This document shows positions 14,761 through 29,450 of a stretch of DNA of 64,000 nucleotides, one piece after another. Every line of letters starts with the position of its first letter. Position 1 is the stretch's first letter. The notes beneath the pieces were generated by a model. That model saw only the letters and a program-made list of their open reading frames with translations, was not told the origin of the DNA and made no database searches. The translations under genes and the position numbers were made by a program. This DNA is from Octopus vulgaris (Eukaryota): positions 50,406,001 through 50,470,000 of the forward strand of contig OX597831.1 in assembly GCA_951406725.2 (NCBI GenBank), in the 5' to 3' direction.

Positions 14761-17700
14761 AAGAACAACAGATGTGGAATTTCAGCATATTTTCTATTCA
14801 AATGTTCCATATGCCTGTAAGTTAAATATGTTACCACATGCTCTGGTAAGAAAACTTCCCCAAAAAATAAACCCTGCGTGATTGTTTAATCTAATACTAA
14901 CTGCGACCATATCTCCAACCCCTCATATGTCGGTGGACTCATTGAATAATATTCATTGTCCTAAATACACATTGAATTATATACATATAATGCTAAATAC
15001 AGTACATCGAAACAAAGATGGGATAATCAGTTTAAACTTAAATGCCTCAGAGTCAGGCCTGAACTTTCGCTAATAATCAAACAATGTCAACAATATCAAC
15101 CTCAAATAATGTTTCTTAAAACATATGTAAGGTTTTGCAGCGATCTTATAAATAACTTACTATATTTCTTCAACGATTAGGCTATATTTCTCGTGTTAAG
15201 GTAGGTGGGTCTTTTATAAGATTCTTAGAAGTCATTCCTGGTAGACGGGAACTATTTAAGTAATGTACTTATTGTTTAGAATATATAATCTAATGAACAG
15301 GGAAATAATGATGTTTTGGCTGTAGGCTGTAAGCGAATTACATACAGCAAAAGCGGCGAAATGATTATTTTTCTTGGCACCTAATCTCACCAAGACTAAA
15401 AACTAAGCCATTAGTTTCTATACGCTTCAGAACAATTGAATTTGTGTAATACTTGCGGGACCCGTGAATATTTCACGGAACTAATGGTTAAACTATTGGG
15501 TTATTTCTGAAAACTTTATCCATAAAACATGAAGGGGTCGCCTGTGTTGCGTCTGTATGGAAATTGAAATACGGCGATTACCTAATGCAGTTTATGTATA
15601 TAGTTTATATACTTTATGCACAATTTTATAGACTTAATACATTGCACTCATAAAATAAATATTCACTCTTATTTTTCCACTGTTTCCCACAAGCAAAAAG
15701 AAAATATCCCGTACATATGATACAATCATTAGTTGAATTGCATATATCTGCCGCGAAAATAAGCGTGAATATTTCACGGAATTGCATATTTCACTATCCA
15801 ATCAACACCACCACCACCACCATCTCCACTACAACCATCATCATCTGTCACCCCTCGCTCCCTCCGCTTTCTTTCTCTCTCTCTCTCCTCTCTATTTCTC
15901 TCTATATATATACCCTCTCTCTATCTGCCTTTCTTAAACCTCACCATCAGAACATCACCCCTCTGCTAAAATTATATTACCTTCAAGTAACTTTTTAACC
16001 ACATACTAAATGTTATGCTCTCCCTACATCACGTCATAGACGCTTCTCTTTCCCTCATTTTCTTTTTCCCTATTTCTGTCTTATTCTTCGTCTTATATTC
16101 TTTCTCCATTTTCTTTCTCCTCTCTTCCATTTCAACTAATCTCATAAAAGTGTTACAATTACATTCCCTCTAACTCACATCATAGACGCTTCTCTCCTTC
16201 TTTTCTCCCTTCCTCTTTTTCCTCCACACTCTTTTCTTTCTCCCTCTTTTTCTCTAAACACGTAAAAGCGTTACCGACGGGCTAAGTAATGTAATGGCAA
16301 GTAAAGTTTATTAATTTCTTTTTGCACATTTTCTACCTGGAGAAAATCGCATGCCCATGGCTTTTCCAGGTCCAGCACGGACTGGAAGACAAATGCCATT
16401 AATGCTGCTTTTGAACCATTGCAATTGAATACTTGTGACAAAAATAAATTCAAAAAAGGGTCAGGCAAAAGTTTCAGACTGCCGTTATTTGGGAAAGGAA
16501 AACTCGACGTAGGAGATAATCTTTTCTATTATAGACACAAGGCCTGGAATTTGGGGGTTGGGATAGTCGATTACATCGACCCCAGTGCTCTGTTGGTACT
16601 TCATTTATCGACCCCGAAAGAATGAAAGGTAAAGTCGACCTTGGCGGAATTTGATCTCAGAACGTAGTGAGAAGTGAAATACTGCTAAGCATTTCATCCA
16701 GCTCGCTAAAAATTCTGCCAGCTCGCAGCCTTCAGACGTGGGAAATAATGCGATGCCAAGGAGTATTAGCACAATAAGGGTAATGAGAAGAGAAGAGACG
16801 AGTGAATAGGAAATGTATGAGTGGAGATGATATGAATACAGCCAAATACCAGGAAGCAGTAGAGGTCATTACGGTAACGGTACTTCGACATTACGATATC
16901 TTAAATATATTTTACATCTGGCATTGCTATCGAAGTTACTTGATATTCTTCATGAACTTCCTTCCAGACCAAAATAGTTGCTTCTATACCATTTAAATAT
17001 CTTCAACACTCTTAACTCTAATCCAGTGTGCAATAGGAATTATTCGGTTTATGAAACCCGACATTACAAAATAAAGAAACCATCATGACTTTAGAACTTC
17101 CAAATTTTCCTTTATTTAAGATAAGTCTGAAATTTGAATGATATCCTACTGTTATTTACAAGTAGGGTAACGACCACAAAATTCTCGTTTTGGTTTCCAT
17201 AAAAACAATGTTTCTCAATGAAGTGACAACTTTATATAAGATGTATCTTCGATGAAATGAGTATTTTTTCAGCTTCTAATTTTCGTAAAAATAAGTTTAA
17301 TATATTAGCTCTTTTATATATCTTGTTTCAAATATTTTTTCTCAGAATTTATTTATTTTCGTCTGCACTTATATCATTAATTTTCTTCATCCAATTACTT
17401 TTTGTGTTGACGTACGCAATCTCCAATCAAATAGTTTGTTATTTTTGCAATGTCCATTCTCCTCACATTCCTTTCACATATTACACACTATAGAGTTTCA
17501 ACCATCTGCTCTACTCTCTACCCCTCGCCCACAGACGCACTCTCACATACATACATGCATACATACATACATACATACATACATACATACATACATACAT
17601 ACATACATACATACATACATACATACATGCATACATACATACACACATATATTTGAGTGCGTCTCTGTGTACGAGTGTATCTGTCCATTTAAGTGCGTCA

Positions 17701-18224
17701 GTATTAATGTATTAATCACGCATGGTAGTTGCTCCATCGTCACTGAGGACTGATGTCTTTTCCTGTTTCATTATTGTCAATAGCATTTCTGACTTACCGT
17801 CCTTAACATCTCAGCTGTCTATTCAGTCTCGTTGAAGATCTGCATGCGTTGAACCAGAAGTGACAGAAGAAAGTTGCAAATTACTGTGTACTTCCAATTG
17901 CTCCGAGTGACAGGCAGAACCAATATGACCTAAGATCATCTAAAAACGTAGGTTTTTTTACATCGGATTGTCATTCTCCTAAAAGGATGATGTGAGGACA
18001 TCTTATCGTCCCTCACTCCAGGTGGTTTTGCAAGGTGCCCTGACTCCAACGAACGGTATTAGTGTATCCCCAGTTGAGATAGATTGTCGGAGATCCTGAC
18101 AAGTACTAATGCTCTGGAGCAGAGTACACCGGAGAACAGTAGTTGAGAACACTACTCGAAACCCTGGGACTCTTGAATCAGAGCCCCATTACCAGAAACA
18201 GCTTAATATTACACCAAGGATACA

Positions 18225-18268
<44 letters not shown>

Positions 18269-18381
18269 TATATATATATATATGTATGTATATATATGTA
18301 TATATATACCCACATGTATACATACACACACATGCATACACATATATATGTATATATATAAGTATTTATATATATGTGTGA

Positions 18382-18461
18382 GGGAGGTTTAGCTTAATGG
18401 TTCAGAGCACCGCGATGCGTAATCACGGAGGTGTGAGTTCGAGTCTCATAGCCGGCCGCCA
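18382..18461 (+). pseudogene. tRNA-Thr(CGT)-like pseudogene or SINE head
   Basis: A box tagcttaatgg, anticodon arm ccgcga(tgcgtaa)tcacgg, T arm gtgag(ttcgagt)ctcat; acceptor stem mismatched. Confidence 0.45.
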
Positions 18462-18619
18462 ACACTTTTTTCTGCAAAATAGGGGTAGCTTATCCTGTTC
18501 AGACTATATTATTAGCATTATCCTGCGTTTGAGAATTTAAAATCACTCTTTTAACTTTCTTAGACATCTCAACGCTTCTAAAGCAAACTTCGTTTGTTTT
18601 TTACGTTCATCGTAATTTG

Positions 18620-18693
<74 letters not shown>

Positions 18694-19499
18694 TGTGTAT
18701 TTATGTGTGTGTGTGTGGTCGAAGCATTAAGACATTCGATTTCCATTTGTCACGTCTTAAATAGGATTTCACTTCATGTCAACTTGTGAAAACGTATTCT
18801 AACTTTTAATGAAATTCGATACATTTAAGTCTGGAATTCAAATCAGTGCCGGCATAGTTAAGTGATTTAGAAGTTGTCTTTATAACTTAAGAATTTCGCT
18901 TTCTTACAAGACGTTTGGATTGATTCTAAGTCATGGCCTTTTATACGAATGTTCTTTTCCTTGATGTAGGATCACCTACCCCAAGTAAATGGATTTCAAC
19001 AAAAGGAAATTGTGTGGAAAACTCTCGGAAGATTATGAGTTGTGATTCAAAAGGCTATGGTATTACGTGCAGGACACTCGTGTGTACAGATTATTCAACT
19101 AATTCGCATGGTAATGCAATGGATGGGGTGAATGAGCAAAGAGAATATACGTCTTTGAAAAGAACAGAAATGCCTCCTTTGTTGATAGGAATGAGTATAA
19201 CGTGTTTGTGCGTGTGTTGTGATTGTAAAGTAGTAATTCTAATCCTAACAGCATAAGATTATAATGATTTTCGCAGTCCATTTCTTCGATTATATACAGT
19301 TATTATATATGTGCTTACAAATGTTTATACGCACACACACACACACACTCACACACGCACAGACACACACAGACACGCGCACAGACAAACACACAGATAG
19401 ACAGAAAGACAGACAGACAGACTCTCTCACACACACAGGCACATGTTTTAGTGGTTCAAGTGTTGCAATCACGATTGCAAGCCCGGGCGTTTCATTCTG

Positions 19500-19760
19500 T
19501 TCACGTGCAAACTACTTCATTTCATGTTGCTCCACGACCATCTCGTTGTCTTGTTGCCTAGGAAATTTTCACTGAGCCATTTGAAGCATCCCCATGCTTT
19601 AAGCTCAATCTCATCCAGTGTTGTGAGGAAGTGGTTGTCCGTCAGGAGTTCTTTTATCTGCCGACCTATGAATACGCCCTCCTTCGGTTTTGCCTCAGTG
19701 GTTTTTGGAAATTTGGCACACGAGGTGCACATGTATAGGTAATGCCGATTTGATGGAGAG
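19500..19760 (-). mobile_element. DNA transposon transposase fragment (widespread invertebrate family, possibly Sola-like)
   Basis: FPKTTEAKPKEGVFIGRQIKELLTDNHF...ELKAWGCFKWLSENFLGNK; superfamily assignment uncertain. Confidence 0.55.
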
Positions 19761-19842
19761 TGAAATTACGTGAGCACAAACATTTGATCACTGTGTGTGA
19801 GTGTATGTGGGTATGTGTGTGTGTTTGTGTCTGTGTGTCTGT

Positions 19843-19891
<49 letters not shown>

Positions 19892-20466
19892 TCTGTGTGT
19901 GTCTGTGTGTGACGATGTATATGTTGCCTTTCAGTTGTAAATTGCGAATAGCCCCTTTAATAATTTATAATTCCCACTTCACTATTTTCAAAATGTTTCC
20001 TATCCTATTCTTTATAAGACTGACAAGGTGAGTAAAGTTTCTGACACTCGAGGACGGTGTAATGAGTCACAGATCAAGATTAATCAAATCTGAAATTAGT
20101 GCGGACATTACTTCATCTCACTGGCTGTACGGATCTTGTCAGTCGTTAGAAAAGTGTTCTCACGAGGCTAAGAGTTGTTTTGACTTATTTCTGGCAATGT
20201 TGGCGCTCACTAATACCCTCCGTCACTTTAGTGACGACTATACTTGTTGCCTTTCGGTTCTACATTACGATAAGCCATCTTAATAATTTCTGTGCGTGTT
20301 TATACAAACGTGTGTGTGGTCCCTGGTAATAAAAAAGACATAAACAAGTCCAATGAACTTATAGTGGGGAGTAGAAAATGTAATGTTTCGGAGGTTGAAA
20401 GAGATTACAGGCCCATTATATTAGTCACTTAGCGTGCGGCATTTTCGCACAGAATGAATCAATATT

Positions 20467-21280
20467 TATTTTTCTTTATTGTCCACAGGGGGCTAAACAC
20501 AGAGAAGACAGACAAACAGATTAAGTCGATTACATCGACCCCAGTGCGTAACTGGTACTTATTTAATCGAGCCCGAAAGGATGAAAGGCAAAGTTGACCT
20601 CGGTGGAATTTGAACTCAGAACGTAGCGGCATACGAAATACCTATTTCTTTATTGCCCACAAGGGCTAAACATAGAGGGGACAAACAAGGACAGACAAAG
20701 AGATTAAGTCGATTACATCGACCCCAGTGTGTAACTGGTACTTTATTTATCGACCCCAAAAGGATGAAATGCAAAGTTGACTCAGAACGTAACGGCAGAC
20801 GAAATACCGCTAAGCATTTCGCCGGGCGAATAGCCATCTTGATAGTCACAGAATGAATCAATATTCTCTAGGAAACAAGGCGGCGAGCTGGCAGAAACGT
20901 TAGCACGCTGGGTGAAATGCTTTGCGGTATTTCGTCTGCCGCTACGTTCTGAGTTCAAATTCCGTCGAGGTCGACTTTGCCTTTCATCCTTTCGGGGTCG
21001 ATTACAGAAGTGCCAGTTACGCACTGGGGTCGATATAATCGACTTAATCCGTTTGTCTGTCCTTGTTTGCCCTCTCTGTGTGTAGCCCCATGTGGGTAGT
21101 AAAGAAATAGGTATTTCGTCTGTCTCTCCGCTCTGGGTTCAAATTCCGCCGAGGTCGACTTTGCCTTTCATCCTTTCGTGTTCGATAAATTAAGCACCAT
21201 TTGCGTACTGGAGTCAATCTAATCGACTGACCCCAACTCCCCAAAATTTTGGGCCTTGTGCCTAGAGTAGAAAAGAAAAG
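20467..21280. mobile_element. Head-to-head cluster of two SINE dimers (minus 20467-20846, plus 20879-21280)
   Basis: Same family as 35871-36107. The minus dimer is flanked by the 19-bp direct repeat cacagaatgaatcaatatt (20448-20466, 20847-20865). Confidence 0.8.
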
Positions 21281-22327
21281 AATATTTTTGAATGGAATAA
21301 GGTAGATATCGTTTCGTCTTCATGTTATCGAAAAACATATATATGTATAAAAGGTAGCGAGCTGGTAGAATCGTTCGGGCGATATGCTTAGTGGTATTTC
21401 ACCTGCTGCTACGTTCCGAGTTCAAATTTCACCGAGGTCGACTTTGTCTTCCATCCTTTCGGGGTCGGTAATAAGTACCATCCGAAAACTGGGGTCGATG
21501 TAATCGACTCATCCCCACCTCTCCCAAGCTTCCCTTGAGGCAAAAATTTGGAATAAGTATATAAGTATGTGTGTGTGTGCATATATATATAAACACAACC
21601 ACCATCACACAACCACTCACTCAAAAGACATGCACAGACATATATATTAAGGCACAGCAGTATTCCAATCTCATTTTCAAAATTATTGATTCTTCATAAT
21701 TAATTATTAGTCACATATATTTTATTTGGATCAACAACGGTTATGAACCCATTGAAGTATCAATACAGTGTTGGTCGAGAAACAGTAACAAAGTTCTGAA
21801 ATGGGAGTCGCTATTGCGGAGTTTTGAAGGTGGCAGCAAGGGACCACAGAGATGAGTACCTGACTGAAGCAATTATCGTAAAATCAACACGTTCATATCA
21901 CCATTTCGCGTACGAGATATGACCGGCCGATAAGGGCATTAGACATTAATGACGTTAGGAACGCTAATATTTCCAAATTAGACCCAAGTGACTAATAAAC
22001 GAATATGGAAATTGTCAGATAAAAATAACGAAACTCCACGCACTTGCATCTTCAATGAAAATTATTAAAGTAACGGCAGATTTTTTTTCCCCTTCGCCAC
22101 TTTCTCTCTCTGTTTTAGATATGTTTTGTGTATGTATGCATATATATATATATATATATAAATATAAATTAATTTATACTCCCTAATATTAATTATATAT
22201 ATATATATATATACACATACATACATACATACATACATACATAAATACATACATACATACATACATACATACATACATACATACATACATACATACATAC
22301 ATACATACATACATGCATACATACATA

Positions 22328-23430
22328 CAGGCATACCTCGACTTTAGTCGTTTCGATTTTAGCCGTTCTCGATTATACGTCGGTTTTCAAAAATAAATTA
22401 TGGTAAAATTATAATCAAGTTAAGTCATTTTACTTGACTTTACGTCTGTCCACCCCAAATATTGAAATCGTAAAATCACAAGAAAAACCGTTAAAAGCAC
22501 ATAAAATCATGTTACTGTACAATAAATAAGAATAAAAGCATATAAAATTACATTAAAATACCTGCAGTAAATGTTATGACACACACCATAAAGTAACGTA
22601 GCTTAGTGAACGAAATCCTGAAATCAGATGTGTTATTTATCGGTTTTTTCGGAGCTCATATTGTACTGTAGAAAAAATATCTACCGTTAGGCGTCATTGT
22701 CACTCGTGATTCCCGCGTTTGTTTTGAATTCAGATTTGCTTACAACTGTTTATAGGCTACTTTCTCATTCTCATTCATTTGTGACTTTATTTTTTGCCCC
22801 CATGGCTCCTAAGAAAATTCATAGTGAAAATGCTAAGCGTCATGCTATAACGCTGGGAGATAAACTGGCCTTGATAAAACGTCATGAAAAAGGTGAAAAA
22901 GTGGTAGTAATTGCACGATATTTTGGGATGAGTTGGACAACTGTATCGACGATTGTACGTATTAAGGACAAAATTTTAGCACATATCAAATCTGTAGCCC
23001 CAAGGATGAAGAACACTCTCATCAATAAGAAAAAAGGCAAAATCTTTTCAAGAAATGGAAAGTCTTCTTCCTCTTTGGATTGTTAGGTTGAATTGTCAGC
23101 GTGCAAATATTAGTCAAAAAGTCATTCAAAAGAAAGCGTTGTCCTTGTCTAAGATCCTGAAGAAAAAATATCCAGATAAGGCAAATCAAGTACGGTTCAT
23201 GAGTTTTAAGGAGCGAAGAAGTTATCACTCCATTAAGAAGCAAGGTGAGTTTCCTAATGCATTAAAAGAAGAATCATCGAAGAAAACGGGTTTCTTCCCG
23301 AACAGATTTCTAACGTAGACGTAACTGGACTGTATTCGAAAAAATTGGCAGACCGTTTATTCTTTTCCAAGGAGAAGAAAATTATTCCAGGCTACAAGGT
23401 CTCAAGAGAACTTGTGACCATTACGTTTAA
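22328..23430 (+). mobile_element. Tigger/pogo (CENP-B-like) transposon relic
   Basis: TA-caggcatacctcgactt TIR-like start; MAPKK...KRHAITLGDKLALIKRHEKGEKVVVIARYFGMSWTTVSTI HTH; later N.D.TGL motif; frameshifted. Confidence 0.8.
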
Positions 23431-25409
23431 AGATATATGAGATATCTGAAAGTTGAACCTTTCTTTTCGTTTTGGTTGTGGCTTCAGTATATCAGTAATC
23501 AAAATTTGCGAACCGTACACCTTGTAGTTTATAACCCGGATCTACGGTTGATGTCAAAGATTCCAACATGAGTGTTTACATAGACATATTTGCAAGCACA
23601 CATGTATGCAGGCTTGCCTATATAAACATACGCACACACACGCACACACACACACACACACATACACACACACACACGCACACGCACACACAAATTCATA
23701 CACATACATACATGCGTGTGTGCGTGTATGTAGTCCACAGGTGGGGTCCAGAGATTCTCGGTATAGAAGACACTTAGCTATGTTTACGAGGTATCGATTC
23801 CACAAGGTAAAGATAGGTTATAAGAGAGATCAAGTTCAGCGGATATAGAGGCAATTATGCATATAAACAAATTGCATTAGCTTAAACAAGAGAAAACATA
23901 AGGTGGAGACTTTCAGATGATGAATTTTGTAAGTATAAATATAGAGATATTTATATTAATAGGCCCAAATTACAAAGAGTACAAACGACAGAGAAAATTA
24001 AAGAGGTGGAAAAACGTATTATAAGTCGGACAGCTGTTTATGTATGAGCATATACACACTCCTTTGGTTTTCAGCATTTCTGCATTTCTGTGGCTGTGTT
24101 CAAGCATTCATTACATACATTCATCCGTGATCAAAGGAAAATATCTTTATTTATCACCTCGTGTCATCACCAAAATGAAGACAAAAAAATTGTGATATAT
24201 ACTATCTGCTAAAGATAATTATCCTGTCATTTTCTCTTCAAAATATTCATAGAAACTGTTATCGCTATATTTAATTGAATAATATATCTTCAAATTTAAT
24301 TATGTTATTAGATTGCGAAAGCCTTTACGATTGAATTATATTGCACTAATTAATAGATGATATTTGATTGGTTTTATTCATCGCTGTTTTCAATAACTCT
24401 TATTGGTCTATTAATTAAATACATCTAATTTAAAAGAGTAGGTTTATTGGGAACCTGATTTTTTCATTTAGAATACATTGTGAAATAGAAAGAAAATCCA
24501 TATTTTGTACAGAGATAATGAAACATTAATATTTCTGTATAGCAACGGTGACCAAACAGTGGCTTGCAAGTTTCGTGTGGGCGCAACAGCAGCTACGCGC
24601 GGATAATATTATCGCAGGATAATATTAAATTTCAGCGCAAACAACAGTGATGACACTTGTTCGAATCTGCCTCGTCGTATTAAGAATGAATAGTTCGTAT
24701 ACTGAATTAATATGGCAATTCAAAACAAGTATACGTTTACCGAGCTACTCCTATCTTTGCAGTCCACATTCTGTTTTTAATTAATTATAGTTAATGAGGC
24801 TCTGCGGTTTGTCTTCTCTCCTTCTAGCAGTTATTTTTTGTGTATTATTTTACTTAATTAAAATTTGTTGACTCACTATAGGATGTCAGCACAGGTTTTG
24901 AAATTTGGTTCAATGCAGTGTGTATTTCTATGCACATTGCTTAGTTCTTGAAAAAAAAAACCCAGTCAATACATCCAAGGAAATGTTTACCCAAAGTGCC
25001 AGCAGAGGGTCAAATTACTTTCAAAGCAGAGCTTTCTAATTTAATCAGTAAACTTTATCTTATGCACCCACAGCTATTATTTGTTTATGTAGTTACAATT
25101 TACAAGATGCTTACAAATAAATTAACATTCTGTCTCGTATCCACAAACAATTTGATTTCTACAGGAGTTTGACTAAATTGGACATAGTTTGGTAACTATT
25201 TCCTTTGTCTCTCAAGATAGGATAAAATCAGCCTAGCATACAAAGGAGAAACTGTCGTATTACACCAACTGAAGACACTTTTCTGCTAGTTCTTTGATAC
25301 AACACTGATACCAGCTCTTGTCCTTTGAGGTGAAGAATTCGTTCGCAAAACTTTTTCCACCTCATTTTAGCTGATAAAGCGTTACGAGCTTAGGAAGAAG
25401 TGACCCATT

Positions 25410-25945
25410 GATTGGAATGACCAATAATTTGATATTTTTCCGCAATCCTAACGTGCATAAGCAGTGGTTAAACAAAGGCCAGCTTCCGAAAAGTGTTGCC
25501 GTACACGAGCGTTCTGTACACAAGCGGATGCTCTGCGTCAGGTGGAATTATGAGAAAATAATTCAGTACGTGTTCGTTCCCTTCTCCGAAAGGTTGGAGC
25601 AGATGCATGCTAGTGTGTGGTACAAATACCTGACATTGATTAACAGAAAGTGGGCTCTGCGGCAGCAAGACAACGCAGGACTTCATACCGATCGAGCAAG
25701 CCCTCACGGAACTTGAGGGAATCGAACTGATGCCATACCCAGCATATACTCTGGACCTAGCTCTCTCGGATCTTCACTTGTTCTGATCCATGTTTCACTT
25801 CCGATACTCGCGATGCTTCATCAACCAAGAGAAGTTGGAAGCTAGGGCGAAAGCATTCTTTGCATCGAAGCACAAGAACTAATATCTACATGGGATGAAA
25901 GAACTGACAGAAAGCTGGTTTCAGACTCTGCAATATGATGACCTC
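25410..25945 (+). mobile_element. Mariner transposase relic
   Basis: KRMLCVRWNYEKII...QQDNAGLHT...HPAYTLDLALSDLHLF. Confidence 0.8.
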
Positions 25946-26068
25946 TAAGTTAAATACAGGCTGCATTTGTGGTAGTTTGAAGAGTACAGCAAATAAATTA
26001 CCAAAATATTGCAAAAGTCTTGACTCAACATAATAAGAAGCAGAGAACCATATGCGTGTGTGTTTTCT

Positions 26069-26146
<78 letters not shown>

Positions 26147-26149
26147 TTT

Positions 26150-26330
26150 ACAAGAGTTAAAGAATGGAGTAGATAAGATCCGGGCAACATCTTTCATGGT
26201 AAAGTTATCTTTGGCTTGAAGAGTAGCCTGCAGTATAGACCTCGTTTGGATATTTACCATTTCCGAGCTTCAGCTCGCCATGAAATATATGTAGTCCGGA
26301 TCTTATCTACTCCATTCCTTAACTTTTGCA
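26150..26330. repeat. ~50 bp inverted repeat adjoining a TA tract, with partial hammerhead-like 3' half
   Basis: agttaaagaatggagtagataagatccgggcaacatctttcatgg vs ccatgaaatatatgtagtccggatcttatctactccattccttaact; contains GAAAT-atat-GTA. Confidence 0.7.
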
Positions 26331-26524
26331 TTCTTATTCGCATACCCGGTAAATCTGGTCGCCTACCGTGAAATATAAACTTTTTTTCAGTTTATCGTAC
26401 TTCGATATGAAAATATCCACAATGTTCCATCTTAATAAACCTCTATTGTCCCTGAAAGTTGTTTTACTACGGATTGCTCGAAGCTAACTTTCTTCCTACA
26501 CCTCGACTCGATCCTTCAATCTTA

Positions 26525-26558
<34 letters not shown>

Positions 26559-26619
26559 ATCACACACACACACATACACATACATACATACATACATACA
26601 TACATACATACATACATAC

Positions 26620-26650
<31 letters not shown>

Positions 26651-28605
26651 CGTTTGTATACAGACACGCCCACACAATATATTTTGGTAACGTGTATGCT
26701 TTATTATGCGCGCGCAAGGGTGTGGGTTTGTGTGTGCGTGTACCTCTGAACCAAAAATTACTGATATAATATCTCTCCTTCGCTTTGCAATGGATATATA
26801 TATCGCAGTACTCATAAAACACTTGCTTCAGATTTCGTATCAGTGGTGTTATTCATTGTTATAGATGCACGTGACTTTGTACTCACTAAAATGAAAGGTC
26901 CGGAGTCAGTTTGAGATTGCAGTCAGTCTATATCTTCAAGTATGCTTGAGATAGAACCACAAAAGTATCTGATCGCTAAATTTTATAGCACACTTTAAAT
27001 GCTTGAAAAAAATTAAGGCAAATTGGTGAGAGACAACAAACATTACCGGTTTCCAGTAAGCCCTCTTGGCATGTGCATTTAAATGCACATGTAAAGGTAT
27101 ATGAAAAAGTGATGGCTGTGTGGTAAAAGGCTTGCTTCCCTTCCACAGTCAGTGGTTCAGTCTCACTGCGTGGCTCACCTAGGGAAAGTGTCTTCTACTA
27201 TAGCATCGGTATGATCAAAGCTTTGTGAGTGGATTTTGTGGACGGAAACTGAAAGAAGCCCGTTGTGTATATGTATATGTGTGTGTATAAGTCTGAGTGT
27301 GTGTTTGTGTGTGCGTCTTTGTTTCTTTGTTTGTCCCCCACCACCACCATCGCTGCTTGACAACGTGGTGTTGGTTTGTTTACGTCATCGCAACTTAGCG
27401 GTTCAGCAAAAGAGACTAGCAGAATAACTACTAGGCTTTAAAAAGTCCTTGGGTCGAGTTGTTCGACTAAAACCCCTCAGAGTGGTGCTCACGCATGGCC
27501 GCAATCAAATGACTGAAGCAGTAAAAGAAGAAAAGAATATATATTATAAAACATACACGCACGTACAAACGCGTATATGCACAGATCTTCTTAGAATGCA
27601 AAGAGAAAAATTTATGATGCATGAACATTCCTTACATATTTTGGGCAAATCCGTCTTATCTATATAGTGGAAAAGCACCAAACGCATTATGACAAGCCAG
27701 AGATCGTCATGTGTTGTCATATATACATACATGCTTACATATCACAGCCGTCACTTGCAAACATGTACGACTTCGTGCAAGTGCGATGCTTTATCAAACG
27801 GATTGAGGGATATCAGCACGAAGAAGCAGCAGTAGACACCCTCCTATTCTTGACTTAGTGGAACAAGCAGGATCGGACATCTGTCCTGGGAGTGGATTTT
27901 GCCAGCAGCGTCCGACTTGTATTAATTTCATCTAAATATACTAGAGCAACGTGAAATGAATTTTTTTTCTCAAAGATATTCCATACTCCAATCAAACCCA
28001 CGACCTTATACTAATGAATGCAAACACTCACGCCTTCTAGTTCATTTTCTAGAAAACGGGAGTGATTAAATTCATACTTATACAAAGTCATGCAAACGAT
28101 TAGAGTGAAGATTTTCTATTAGAAATCATATCCAGTCATCTGAGTAATGTCTCATTTAGCATGAAATTGAAATCCATGGCAAAGCGGGGGCTGTTATCTA
28201 TCACATTAAAATAATTCCTTTGCAATTATGTGTGGTAAGTAGCCATTTTTGAGGGTTAAGTTGAATTATAAACTATTATAGTCTATCTATTCATAATTAC
28301 TCAACCATCCCAACACGATGTACTTTTACCCCTATCGCTTATCAATTCGGCTATTTGTTTGATTAACCGTTAGTCAATATGTTCGTATTTCTAATGCTAA
28401 TATCTTAGCGGTCTTTGTTTCTTGTTATTTTTCTCTTCTTGATTTAACTGTATCAAATCTCGATCTATAATGATAAATATCGTGGCTGTTTACTATTGTT
28501 TTTCTTTATTCTTAGGATAACTGTTCTTTACGTTAACTGGAATATATTGCCTTCAAATCATATTGATAATTCTTAGTTTGTTTTTCCTTTTTCAATACGT
28601 ATTTC

Positions 28606-29028
28606 GGATCTTTACAGTTTCAACGGCATTTTTTAACATAATTTCTAGGTAACTAAAAAATTTTAAACTTCGTATACTGGTAGAATGTGTTTATAAAACA
28701 TCTTTTTCTCATGGCTTTATTCAGAAAATTCTATAGTTTGTTAGATATTTGTTGTTTTTTTCTGCAATTTCTGCAATTTCAACCAATCACTGACACTATT
28801 GAGGTAAAAACATTCTGTGCCGTATGAATATGTCCCTCGTTTAAGAAACAGATTAGGTTTATTTACATTTGTGAAGAAAAAAAGATACCCTTCCCCCTAA
28901 CCCTAACCTTAACCCTAACTAACCCTAAAATAGATTGAAATGCAATAGATCGATACTAGGGTCATAATTATGGGTGACAATTTCATATGATAGCGCTAGA
29001 AAAACTGCCGTTCAAACCGAAAAGATCC
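28606..29028. mobile_element. MITE with internal (CCCTAA)n-like repeats
   Basis: Imperfect TIRs ggatctttacagtttcaacggcattttt / aaaaactgccgttcaaaccgaaaagatcc; ccctaaccctaaccttaaccctaactaaccctaa at ~28895-28928. Confidence 0.65.
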
Positions 29029-29416
29029 TGTATTTCTGTCTTTCCAGTTATTCTTTTGGACTTTCAATCATGTTTAATTCTTGTTCCGTATTTTCAACGT
29101 ATATACACACTTATTCGGTCATTTATGACGCACCCAAACACACACACACACACACTGACACCCCCCAACCTATATAGACACATATACATACATAAATATA
29201 ATCATACACATCCAAGCACATATGTACATACATACATACATACATACATACATACATACATACATACATACATACATACATACATACATACATACATACA
29301 TACATACATACATACATTGGTATGTATGTATGTATTGGTAGAAAGTCTGTCATGTTCAGAGAACGTTTGGGCACGTTTCCTACGGGTAGGTTTCGACCTT
29401 TTGTACCCGAAATATT

Positions 29417-29450
<34 letters not shown>

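Noticed and set aside
16330-16440. Possible 45-nt minus-strand exon (ttccag|TCCGTG...CTCCAG|gtagaa) or small hairpin
   Set aside because: Weak donor, no recognisable peptide in any frame, and no partner exons.
18382-18461. Functional tRNA-Thr gene
   Set aside because: Acceptor stem mismatched and position 33 is not U; kept only as a pseudogene or SINE head.
24025-24066. Minus-strand stem-AAAC-agct-GTC motif
   Set aside because: The 3' half looks hammerhead-like but the CUGANGA box is unrecognisable, so it was not counted.
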